DNA of 52,925 nt from Oscillospiraceae bacterium (lineage in GTDB: Bacteria > Bacillota > Clostridia > Oscillospirales > CAG-272), in NCBI GenBank assembly GCA_015064525.1, contig SVSC01000002.1, positions 1-52,925 of the forward strand. The letters are read 5' to 3'. Below the pieces are notes generated by a model. The model was given only the letters and a program-made list of their open reading frames with translations, ran no database searches and was not told the DNA's origin. Positions 9,135-17,714 of this stretch are shown here, in pieces; position 1 is the stretch's first letter, and every line of letters begins with the position of its first letter. Both the position numbers and the translations under genes were made by a program.

Positions 9135-11248
9135 GAAAGCTCCTTTCCGTTATACGTTATATTTTGTGTGTACGAATTGAGAACTGCGTTGAGGCGATCG
9201 GCAGTAACGTCTCTGCCGTTAAAGGATATGTTGGAGATCGACACACTTGCAATCATATGGGTTTCGTCGAAGCCCTGAAAAATGATTCTTCCGAACACAT
9301 CACCAAGAACTTGAATGTTATCAATGGTGATCCGCAGAATTTCTCCGCGTTCCTTATCCTGCGTGTATTGGGTTTCCTTGATGAAAAACTCTATGAGCTT
9401 TCCTGTGGCATCCTCTATACGAATATTTCGGTAGGTAACCTCGGAAACCACCGCGCGGTCGCCCAGATGGATGCTCATGCACGCGCCCTTTACAACGTGA
9501 ATAATGTCGTTTTCTTCAAACAGAATGTCCGAAATGCTTTGTGCGCGCGTCTCGTAGCCGATCTCGATCGCATTTCCGTACTCGTGATTCCAGAACACAC
9601 AATTGCGAACACGAACGGTTTTCACGTTGGTTCCCATTGCCTTAATGGCAATACAGTCATCATTGGTGCGGAAGAAGCAGTTTTCGATGGTCACGTTCTC
9701 CGAGCCAACGATATCCACTCCGTCGCTGTTGATTCTGGTTCCCACCACGCTCACATTGTCCATCACGCAGTTTTTACTTTCGGTAAAGACCGTCATCCAT
9801 TTTCGAGGTCCCGTGAGGAAATAGTCCTTTAGGAGAATATTTGAGCAGCCCTTGAATTCCATCATGCGCGTCTCAACCGCAAAGCTGAAGGTATCAATGA
9901 TCCCGCGACCGCAAATGGTGAAATCGTTTGCCCCCGTTGCGGTAAAGCGCGCGTGCAGGATTGCCCCCTCCGCAACGTAGATAGTAGTGTTCGATGGAAT
10001 ATCCATGGTCTTATCAAGCCAGTACTCACCGGGACCGTAATAGAGCAGCGTTCCCTCAACCGTGTGGGGGTCGAACTCCTCCCGCGTGTGCAAGAACAGC
10101 TGAACGCTATCGGTACTATCCTTGTAGAAATCCTCGAACTCCACCGACAATTTACACGGAAAGGAGGTGACCTGAAAGCTCACCGTTCTTCCGCTGACCT
10201 CCGGCTTAATGCCTGCACTTGCAGGACGGATTTCACATTCCTCAATTGTTGAGGGGCGCTGGATACGAACGTTCATCGCGCTTTCTCCTTCCTTCAGGGA
10301 CGCGATCACGTGGTAGCCTGCTTCGTTATGGTAAACGTCTGCCTCCTCGCCGTTGAGAAAGACCTTAAAGCTGTTAGCGGGAGCGCTGATGATCCTTTCG
10401 GCAAAAACGATCTCGCGATAGCGCGCCACAACAATTCCATCAACCTTAACAGCCAAATTGTCCGCCTTGAGGTCGGGCTCTACGGAAAGCGACCACGCAC
10501 CTGAGGCACCAACCTCCGTTTCTGCGCTTTTCAGCACGGTTTCTCCCTGATAAAGGTCGATCGAGATCTTTTTACCGGGAGATGCCACACCGTAGCAAAG
10601 CGTGCTACTGTTGGCAGGCAAGCACATTTTGTCCATAAACTGATTATAAATCCGAAAATCAAGGAACTCAAAGCGCTCGATTCCTCGGTTAAACAGCTTT
10701 TCGGCATAAAGATTTTTCAGGGTGATGGCATCGCCTTCGAGAACACGGAGCAGGATCTGCTCCAAGCCCTCCATCAAGCCTCCCGCATCGGCATAGCGGA
10801 AGATCATGCGATTCTCAAGAATCTGAATATCGTATTCTCCCTTTTCAAGAGTGATCGGATCAATGGTGTAAACGCTTTCCTCTCGCTTGGTTTTTCCAAT
10901 GATAATCTCGCTATCGGTGACCGGAGAATCCTTCACATAGTCGGTTACAAGCTTGATATCCGTGTAGCCCCTTAACCGTACCACCTCCAAAAAGGAGAGG
11001 AGGATCTTCAGTTCATCGGTCTTCATGGTGTCCGAGCGGACCACCTGAAAATCATTGAGCGTTCCCCGCAGAAGCCCGTCCCAAAAAAGCGCCTCGGTGG
11101 GAGTCTGAGAAACGGTAGGATCAATCCCATCCGTAGGAGCTTCCGCAGCGGGTTCCTTTTCGCCACAAGCGGTCAGCGCAAGCAACAAAAGCACCATAAA
11201 AAACGCCAGCAAGCGTTTACCGCTTCCTTTTAACATACCCTGAATCAT
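9131..11248 (-). CDS. lipoprotein with C-terminal GH28-like parallel beta-helix domain
   Basis: Lipobox LLALTAC. The C-terminal third has NSDGVDIVGSENVTIENCFFRTNDDCIAIKA and YGNAIEIGYE, and is paralogous to the next gene. The ~370-aa N-terminal region is unassigned. Confidence 0.65.
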   Translation of the reverse strand: MIQGMLKGSGKRLLAFFMVLLLLALTACGEKEPAAEAPTDGIDPTVSQTPTEALFWDGLLRGTLNDFQVVRSDTMKTDELKILLSFLEVVRLRGYTDIKLVTDYVKDSPVTDSEIIIGKTKREESVYTIDPITLEKGEYDIQILENRMIFRYADAGGLMEGLEQILLRVLEGDAITLKNLYAEKLFNRGIERFEFLDFRIYNQFMDKMCLPANSSTLCYGVASPGKKISIDLYQGETVLKSAETEVGASGAWSLSVEPDLKADNLAVKVDGIVVARYREIVFAERIISAPANSFKVFLNGEEADVYHNEAGYHVIASLKEGESAMNVRIQRPSTIEECEIRPASAGIKPEVSGRTVSFQVTSFPCKLSVEFEDFYKDSTDSVQLFLHTREEFDPHTVEGTLLYYGPGEYWLDKTMDIPSNTTIYVAEGAILHARFTATGANDFTICGRGIIDTFSFAVETRMMEFKGCSNILLKDYFLTGPRKWMTVFTESKNCVMDNVSVVGTRINSDGVDIVGSENVTIENCFFRTNDDCIAIKAMGTNVKTVRVRNCVFWNHEYGNAIEIGYETRAQSISDILFEENDIIHVVKGACMSIHLGDRAVVSEVTYRNIRIEDATGKLIEFFIKETQYTQDKERGEILRITIDNIQVLGDVFGRIIFQGFDETHMIASVSISNISFNGRDVTADRLNAVLNSYTQNITYNGKELS

Positions 11249-12501
11249 TCTGTTACCTCAAATTCGATTTGTTTTGTGCGCTCTGCAACCATACGGCATT
11301 GCAAAACGCTTTGGATAGGCTCACCGTGAACCGTCACATTCTTGAAGCGGATTCTCTGCACCAACGAATCGTCGGGAGCATAGCCGCTGAGAATGGAAGG
11401 CGGAAAAGCTCCGTCATCCACAGAAATATTTTCCAAAAGAACATCCTCCACACATCCCCTCTGTTCGTCACGGGAATAGTTGGAGCAAAGAACCTTGAAA
11501 TCGAACAGCTTATCCACAGCATCCTCCACGCGAATATCGCGGTAAACGATGCGGTAAATCCGCGCACGATCACCGTTGTGAATGGTAATCGCGCCGCCCG
11601 ATTGCCAACCCTCATGCTCGCAATGGATCAGATCGATATCCGAAAAAGTGACGTCGCAAATCTCATCGCATCGGGTTTCAAAGCCAATTTCAATGCCATT
11701 GCCGGGTTGCGCGTTCCAGCACACGCAATGATGGATATTGATATTATATACGTTACGCAGGCCTGCCTCGCCGCAGTAATCGGTTGCCTTGATGGCAACA
11801 CAGTCGTCGGCGGTACGGAAAAAGCAATTTCGCACCTCGGCATCATGACAGCCAACCAAATCCACACCATCGCCGCACATCATCCATGTCATCACGTTCA
11901 CGCTGTCCATCAGGATGCTCTCGCATCCCCAAAAGGCACAGCACCAGCCGTGGGAGCCTGTGAAAGTAACGTCACGCACCGTGATCCCCTTGCTGTTATA
12001 GAAATGAGTCATTCTGCGGCGCTTGGTGCTGTAATCACCCTCTAAATCAAGAATTCCTCTACCGCATATGGTTACGTTTTCGGCATCAACCACCTGAAGA
12101 TGCGCGTGAACAACGGCACCTTCAGCCAAATAGATCGTTTCATTGGAGGAAACAACCAGCTTATCCATTGCGTATTCTCCGGGTGCAAAGTATCTCACGT
12201 TTTCTCCCGTTGGCTTGACCTCCGGCTCATAGAGAAACAAAAACAACGGCAGGATCTCTTTTTCGGAAAACTCAACGCTTAATTTGCATGGAATTTTTGC
12301 GGTCAGGTTGATCCTTCCATTCTTGATCGTTGACTGAACGCCCAAGGACAGGGGACGAATCGTTGGAGTTGCTTTCGCGCCATCCGGTTCAATTTCCACA
12401 AGTGCCTCTTTCTCCGAAAGCATAGCGGCAGAATAAATAACGTACCTTGCAATGGGATTCTGATGGACAACACAAGGATGCCCATTGATCCGAATGTTCA
12501 T
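11245..12501 (-). CDS. GH28-like parallel beta-helix glycoside hydrolase, cytoplasmic
   Basis: CGDGVDLVGCHDAEVRNCFFRTADDCVAIKA and GNGIEIGFE (polygalacturonase-type NTDG/DD/G.G pattern). No signal peptide. Confidence 0.65.
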   Translation of the reverse strand: MNIRINGHPCVVHQNPIARYVIYSAAMLSEKEALVEIEPDGAKATPTIRPLSLGVQSTIKNGRINLTAKIPCKLSVEFSEKEILPLFLFLYEPEVKPTGENVRYFAPGEYAMDKLVVSSNETIYLAEGAVVHAHLQVVDAENVTICGRGILDLEGDYSTKRRRMTHFYNSKGITVRDVTFTGSHGWCCAFWGCESILMDSVNVMTWMMCGDGVDLVGCHDAEVRNCFFRTADDCVAIKATDYCGEAGLRNVYNINIHHCVCWNAQPGNGIEIGFETRCDEICDVTFSDIDLIHCEHEGWQSGGAITIHNGDRARIYRIVYRDIRVEDAVDKLFDFKVLCSNYSRDEQRGCVEDVLLENISVDDGAFPPSILSGYAPDDSLVQRIRFKNVTVHGEPIQSVLQCRMVAERTKQIEFEVTE

Positions 12502-12569
12502 ATGGAACCTCGCTTTCTGCGCATTTCAACCGCATCTGTTTGAAACGGATGCGGTTGAGCAAAATTAGA

Positions 12570-14252
12570 TCAATCTTCCTTTTTGCGGAGCATCACGCCG
12601 CCAAGAGCGATCACAGCGATAACGCTCAGGGAAACAACCGATGCGCCGCAGCCACCCTTCTCCGTTTTGGGAGCCTCGGTGGTGGAAGCAGAGGTGCCGG
12701 GAGCAGCGGTTTGCTCATTGGTTGCGGGTGCGTTGGTTGCGGGAGCGTCGGTCACAGCGGGATCGGTTACGGTGGGATCACCGGTCACCTCACCCGTCAC
12801 GTCCTCGTTCTCATTGCCATTGCTGTCATCGGGCTTGGGAGTTCCGTAGGACATAGCATAGATGGAGGAGGTATTTCCTGCCAGCACGCAGATCTCGTCA
12901 ATCTCAAAAGTATAGCTCTTGAGGTAACGGAACATACGGAAATGCTTGATTTGGGTGAGAATGGAATCCGAAGAAAGGGCGCCGGTTGCCATTGCTTTAC
13001 CGTTGAGCATCAGCGTGTAGGAGGTAAATTCCTTGAGGGTTTCGTCGTAATCGAACATAACCTCAATCAGCGTCCATTGATCAACGGGAAGCTTACCGCA
13101 GTTTTTATCATCGGCATAAATATAACCGTCGATGATCTGAATATTCTTGGTGTCCATCACCCCCTCAGAGTCACGTCGCCAGTCGATCAGATGCTCTGTG
13201 AAAAGATCTCCTGTGTGGGGCTTGAACTTAAAGGAAAGAACGAAATCCTCCTTTACCTTATAATTTCTGACAATATAGAACTGAAGATCCAGAAATTCCG
13301 CGCCCTTAAAGCCGAGCGTTCCGTTTTCCAGAACCCAGTTGCTATCCAAATTTCCATTGTTCAGCCAAAAACCGTTAGACTCCATCAAGGACGGAGAATC
13401 GGGAGAAGGCGCGGAATAGATGGTTTCACCGGAGAAATCCTCATAGTAGAAATACTCACGCCAGGTCAACTGATCGGGAGCAACCTCGGGAATGGGCTCG
13501 ATCACGGGAATCTGCTCAGCCTCGTTATCGGGAATTGCAATACCGTTGTGCGACTTGGTTCCCTTGATCAGCGCATACTCGTCGATCATAATGGTTCCCA
13601 TCATCACATCATACGCAGCAAACATACGGAACTGGTCAATGGCGGTCAGCTTGGCATCCTCCAGGATCTTTGTGCCAATCTTTTCACCGTTCATGTAGAA
13701 ATCCACGGAAGTAAATACCGTGTCGGTGCTATGGAACATCCACTCCAGCGTGGTGTAGGAATCCAGCGGCAGAACAGGAGTTTGCACCTCTCCGCTATCG
13801 GTGGTCATAGAGATCTTTCCATCAACGGTATTGAACAGATGATGCCAGCTGGAGGACTCAGCCTCATTCCGATAACGGAAGCCGAAGAAATCCTTGTTGG
13901 AGCGATTCCATGTTGCGGTGGGCTTCAAGCGCAAAAACAACGTGAAATCAGTGGAAATCTTTTGAAAATCGGTCACCCAGAACTGCAGATCCAACAACCC
14001 CTGCTCATTGCCGTTGTTCATATACACCAGGTTCAATGCGCCGTTCATCACCGAGGTCATGCTTTTATATGCATTCAGAGGAGTTAAGCCACCCAAGCGC
14101 TTAGGAGCGGGGAGAGAATCCAGGTTGTTAAAGTTTTCCTTGTAAAAGTACTCAAATTCAGATACTTCCTCTGCCGCAATGGCGGTAAAGGAAGAAAGAA
14201 TACCAAGGCACATCAGCGCCGCCAACAAAAGCGAAAAAGCTCTCTTTTTCAT
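12570..14252 (-). CDS. cell-surface protein: signal peptide, 2 LamG/ConA-like modules, Thr/Pro stalk, GCG-type C-terminal anchor
   Basis: The real start is ATG 14252 (aaggagaacc SD), giving MKKRAFSLLLAALMCLGILSSFTAIA. The track start at 14339 adds an implausible 29 aa. Modules carry DFTLFLRLKP/DFVLSFKFKP, LEWMF/IEVMF and FRMFAAY/FRMFRY. The tail is TEKGGCGASV + helix + RKKED. Confidence 0.8.
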   Translation of the reverse strand: MKKRAFSLLLAALMCLGILSSFTAIAAEEVSEFEYFYKENFNNLDSLPAPKRLGGLTPLNAYKSMTSVMNGALNLVYMNNGNEQGLLDLQFWVTDFQKISTDFTLFLRLKPTATWNRSNKDFFGFRYRNEAESSSWHHLFNTVDGKISMTTDSGEVQTPVLPLDSYTTLEWMFHSTDTVFTSVDFYMNGEKIGTKILEDAKLTAIDQFRMFAAYDVMMGTIMIDEYALIKGTKSHNGIAIPDNEAEQIPVIEPIPEVAPDQLTWREYFYYEDFSGETIYSAPSPDSPSLMESNGFWLNNGNLDSNWVLENGTLGFKGAEFLDLQFYIVRNYKVKEDFVLSFKFKPHTGDLFTEHLIDWRRDSEGVMDTKNIQIIDGYIYADDKNCGKLPVDQWTLIEVMFDYDETLKEFTSYTLMLNGKAMATGALSSDSILTQIKHFRMFRYLKSYTFEIDEICVLAGNTSSIYAMSYGTPKPDDSNGNENEDVTGEVTGDPTVTDPAVTDAPATNAPATNEQTAAPGTSASTTEAPKTEKGGCGASVVSLSVIAVIALGGVMLRKKED

Positions 14253-14365
14253 AATGGTTCTCCTTTTCTTGTGAAGAACACAGCGGTCACGTTCCACGGT
14301 CAAAGAAATGTTCGCCGCAAAAAAGACCGCTGTATTCATGAATAACTGATACTTACATTAAAGAA

Positions 14366-14485
14366 TCAAAGCTCAAGACCAAGATCCCAATTCTCTCCCG
14401 AGCCATTGGCGGTTACGGAAATCGTTACGATATCGACGTTTGCCATCTCAATGATTTCCAATTGAGGATTTTGATAGTTCTTCAT
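14366..14485 (-). CDS. unannotated 39-aa ORF (acidic small peptide)
   Basis: Below the ORF-track size cutoff. ATG at 14485 lies 9 nt after GGAGG (14499-14495). Translation is MKNYQNPQLEIIEMANVDIVTISVTANGSGENWDLGLEL with stop TGA at 14368-14366. It starts 1 nt after the upstream stop codon. Confidence 0.45.
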   Translation of the reverse strand: MKNYQNPQLEIIEMANVDIVTISVTANGSGENWDLGLEL

Positions 14486-14486
14486 A

Positions 14487-16412
14487 TTATTTTACCTCCG
14501 TTTGGGGAATATCGGTAGCGGGATCCACCGTGAAGGTCACGGTCTCTCCTGCAACGGTTGCGTTTTCACCCAGCTGATAGTAGGTGGTAACGGTGAAGAT
14601 AATCACACCCTGATCCACGGGAATATTCCTGCAGTTCAAAGCAAAGATATAGGAACCGTTCAGCTCGGCAGCGGTGTACTCCTTGTAGCCCTCCGCGGTT
14701 TCGGTTGCAACGATCTTTTCATAAACAGTGGTAATATCCTGCACCTTGGTGAGGGTCTTATCACCGATCTTCACCTCAACGTCAAAGCCAACCTTGGTGT
14801 AGTCAGAAACGTTGGCATCGGTGGTTACGCCAACCAGACGAAGATCAAACACACCGTTGGTTGCAGCGGTTGTCTGGTAGCCTGCGAAGGTGGTCTTTTC
14901 GGATGCATTGTAAACAGACTCGCACCCCTTTACAACGGTGAGAGAATCCAGCGCAATGCCCTGACCAACGGTGTAGGTCTTGAACATACGGAAGTGGTCG
15001 ATACCTGCCAAGGGATTGGCGATGGTAGCGCTACCCAGCTTCACGCCGTTCACATAGCATTCCAGGGACTCATACTGCGCGGTGGTCTCGTTCCAGTGGA
15101 ACATCACCTCAAGCGTGGTGAAGGAATCGGTGGGCAAAACGCCGCTCAGCACGTCGCCGCCATCCGCCTTCATTCCCAGCTTGCCGTCCTTGGTAAAGAA
15201 ATACTGATAGTTGCTAAGGTTGTTGGAGGGAGCAGATCCCGATTTGTTGTAGCGGAAGGAAAGGAAGTCGGCATCGCTTCTGTTCCACGTTGCGCCGAGG
15301 GGCTTCATTTCCATAGAAAGCGTAAAATCACCGGTGAGGAACTTGGTGTTCGCAAACTCACCCTTGTTCGTCCACGAATTGGAATCCCAATACTGAATAT
15401 CAAAGAATGCCTGAGTACCGGTATTCTTGCCGCTGTTCAGCAGATAAAGCACGCCGTTCTCCACATAGGAAACAGGAGCCTCGGGCGTTGCAACAACAGA
15501 ACCGGGTCTGTAGCTATCCTGCGCCTGTAAACCCTGATAATTCTTCAGATCGGTGTAATTCTCGGAGACCTTGGTCCACTCGGAGAAATCGGTGGTCTGC
15601 CACAGAGAGGGGCCCTGATCAGGTTCTTCCTCTGCCTCGTAGAGAGATACGCAACCCTTTACAACTGCAAGAGAATCCAACGCGATGCCCTGACCTGCAT
15701 CATAGGTGGTGAACATACGAAAATGGTCGATGCTTCTCAAATTTGCATCACTCAGCGTCTTCTCGCCCAAAAGCTCGCCGTTGATGTAGAATTTCGCGTT
15801 AGTGTAAAGACCTGCGGCATTATCGTAACTCAGCATCAGCTCTAACGTGGTGAATTCCATGGTGGAGATCAAGCCGCTGGTAACATCGCCGTTGTTGGTA
15901 GACATCTTGATGGCACCGTTGGAGGTCGAGAAAAGCGATACCCAACCGGATGCAGTTCCGTTTTTATTGTTTCTGAAACGCAAAAAATCGGTGTTGGATC
16001 TATTCCAAGTTTTGCCCAGTGGCTTCAGACTCATGGAGAGTGTAACGTCTCCTGTTACAAACTTGGTGTCGGCAAATTCGCCCTTATTGACCCATTCATT
16101 GCTATCAAAATACTGAATGTCGAAGAATGCCTGTCCGCCGGTGCCCCACAGATTCAGCACACCGTCGCTCACGTTGGAAACAGGCACCTCAGCGGTGGCA
16201 ACCTTATCGCCAACCGTGTAGCTGTTTAAAGCCTGCAGACCGTAATGCGCTTTCAGGTCGGTGAAGGTTTCGGGAACCTTCGTCCAATCGGAAAAATCGG
16301 TCTGATACCAGAATGTCGGATCCTCGGTAGCGGTTACGGTGACAGGAACCAGTGCACTCACGCACACCAACACTGCCAAAAGGAATGGGAGCAATCGTTT
16401 TGTTTGTTTCAT
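14487..16412 (-). CDS. secreted protein with 2 LamG/ConA-like modules plus C-terminal beta-rich domain
   Basis: The real start is ATG 16412 (cggaggataaacgaATG), giving MKQTKRLLPFLLAVLVCVSALVPVTVTA. Two modules carry WNRSNTDFLRFRN/WNRSDADFLSFRY and IDHFRMF. There is no C-terminal anchor. Confidence 0.8.
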   Translation of the reverse strand: MKQTKRLLPFLLAVLVCVSALVPVTVTATEDPTFWYQTDFSDWTKVPETFTDLKAHYGLQALNSYTVGDKVATAEVPVSNVSDGVLNLWGTGGQAFFDIQYFDSNEWVNKGEFADTKFVTGDVTLSMSLKPLGKTWNRSNTDFLRFRNNKNGTASGWVSLFSTSNGAIKMSTNNGDVTSGLISTMEFTTLELMLSYDNAAGLYTNAKFYINGELLGEKTLSDANLRSIDHFRMFTTYDAGQGIALDSLAVVKGCVSLYEAEEEPDQGPSLWQTTDFSEWTKVSENYTDLKNYQGLQAQDSYRPGSVVATPEAPVSYVENGVLYLLNSGKNTGTQAFFDIQYWDSNSWTNKGEFANTKFLTGDFTLSMEMKPLGATWNRSDADFLSFRYNKSGSAPSNNLSNYQYFFTKDGKLGMKADGGDVLSGVLPTDSFTTLEVMFHWNETTAQYESLECYVNGVKLGSATIANPLAGIDHFRMFKTYTVGQGIALDSLTVVKGCESVYNASEKTTFAGYQTTAATNGVFDLRLVGVTTDANVSDYTKVGFDVEVKIGDKTLTKVQDITTVYEKIVATETAEGYKEYTAAELNGSYIFALNCRNIPVDQGVIIFTVTTYYQLGENATVAGETVTFTVDPATDIPQTEVK

Positions 16413-16712
16413 TCGTTTATCCTCCGTTTTTGTTTTTTTGAGCAAAAGCGACCCAACTCGCCCACGCTCTTTCACACTCATTATATCATAGGTTTGAACA
16501 GCTATCAACAGTAAAACGCACCAAAAGATACGTTTTTTATACCCAATCACATTTTTATTTCGTCAAAAAGTAGCAAATCTCAATCAATACTGCTTTATTT
16601 GACAGAACCATCTGCTTCAAAATTGTTAGATTTAACCAAATAATAGTGACAGTTCCTCCCCTATCTTACGCTTTTAAAAGTACAAAAAGAATACAATTTT
16701 TCCAAAAAGCTC

Positions 16713-16741
16713 TTGTTTTTTGTTAGTGATTATGGTAAAAT
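16713..16741 (+). promoter_or_regulatory. candidate promoter of the AraC gene
   Basis: TTGTTT-17 nt-TGgTAAAAT (extended -10), about 35 nt before the start codon. Confidence 0.4.
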
Positions 16742-16777
16742 AAAGACAGATTCATCTGAAATCGGAGGTGATTGACC

Positions 16778-17662
16778 TTGAAAAAGAACAATTTTTTTCA
16801 GGAGTATCATTATAAGGAGGAGCTTTGGTTTATCAACACCGATTCCCAAAGTCCCGTTCTGAACGTGGAGTTAACGGGCATCACCTATGCCGACCCCACC
16901 TACCATATCCGCAGGAAAGCACTTTGGGATATGTACATTCTGGAATACGTGACCGACGGCATCGGATATATTCGTTGCAACGGTCAGAAATATACCGTTG
17001 GAAAGGGTGATTGCTACATCATTCGCAATTTTACCGATCATGAGTACTACGCGGATCCCCAGAACCCCTATCAAAAGGTTTGGGTGAATCTTTCGGGAGC
17101 CTTGGTGGATCATCTTTTGGATGTCTTTAATCTTTCCGAGCCCGTGATCGTTCGCCACGCGGATCTCAGCGATTGCTTTGAACGCCTGCGGCGCCAATTG
17201 GAAATCGAATACAATTTGGAGCAGCTTTCACAGATCATTTTGAATATGATCTTCAAAATCTCCGAAAGCTTCAAGCCACACGAAAAACAGAACCTGCCCC
17301 TGGCTGAAAAAATGAAAATCTTCATTGACAAAAACATTTACAAAAATATTTCCACCGCCGACGTTGCCGAGCATTTTCACATTACGCCACTCTACGCCAG
17401 CCGCGCTTTCAAAAAGCACTATCAGCAAACCATCAATCAGTACATCAACGAATCCGCGCTCAAGCTATCCGCCCAATGGTTAAAAACCAGCGACTACACC
17501 ATTGGCGAGATCTCCGATATGCTGGGCTACTGCAACGACAACTATTTTTCCAACCAGTTCAAGAAGCGTTTTGGATGCTCTCCAAAGCAATATCAGCTTC
17601 AGCACCGCCAAAAGCGAATCTGCAACAATCCCGTTAAGCAGGACGAAAAAGCGCAGAACTAA
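16778..17662 (+). CDS. AraC family transcriptional regulator (cupin sensor + HTH)
   Basis: C-terminal AraC HTH (ISTADVAEHFHITPLYASRAFKK..., ISDMLGYCNDNYFSNQFKKRFGCSPKQY). N-terminal cupin-like domain. GGAGG at 16764-16768 favours TTG 16778 over the track start TTG 16772. Confidence 0.85.
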   Translation: MKKNNFFQEYHYKEELWFINTDSQSPVLNVELTGITYADPTYHIRRKALWDMYILEYVTDGIGYIRCNGQKYTVGKGDCYIIRNFTDHEYYADPQNPYQKVWVNLSGALVDHLLDVFNLSEPVIVRHADLSDCFERLRRQLEIEYNLEQLSQIILNMIFKISESFKPHEKQNLPLAEKMKIFIDKNIYKNISTADVAEHFHITPLYASRAFKKHYQQTINQYINESALKLSAQWLKTSDYTIGEISDMLGYCNDNYFSNQFKKRFGCSPKQYQLQHRQKRICNNPVKQDEKAQN

Positions 17663-17667
17663 CCAAA

Positions 17668-17714
17668 CGAGCCACCCATGGAATTTTCCACAGGTGGCTC
17701 GCCTTCTTATTTTT
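17668..17714. terminator. bidirectional terminator between araC and the CE15-like gene
   Basis: 9-bp stem cgagccacc/ggtggctcg. Followed by ccttcttattttt on plus and tttggtt on minus. Confidence 0.5.

Noticed and set aside
12526-12558. 11-bp perfect hairpin (tcaaccgcatc/gatgcggttga) between the 560-aa surface protein gene and the GH28-like gene
   Set aside because: It lies upstream of the GH28-like gene start and downstream of the surface-protein stop on the minus strand, but has no U tract. It is probably an intra-operon stability or processing element and not callable as a terminator.
12540-14087. 515-aa plus-strand ORF, with similar long antisense ORFs at 1082-1900, 7986-9278, 14502-15530, 17713-18765, 23876-24637, 28483-29616 and 36966-37892
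   Set aside because: Each is antisense to a gene with clear family motifs. They have no SD and odd composition (Gly/His/Arg/Val-rich). They are shadow ORFs.
14253-14339. N-terminal extension of the 589-aa track ORF; the same issue occurs at 16413-16550 for the 687-aa ORF
   Set aside because: Internal ATGs at 14252 and 16412 have strong SDs and give canonical signal peptides. The upstream extensions encode implausible leaders.
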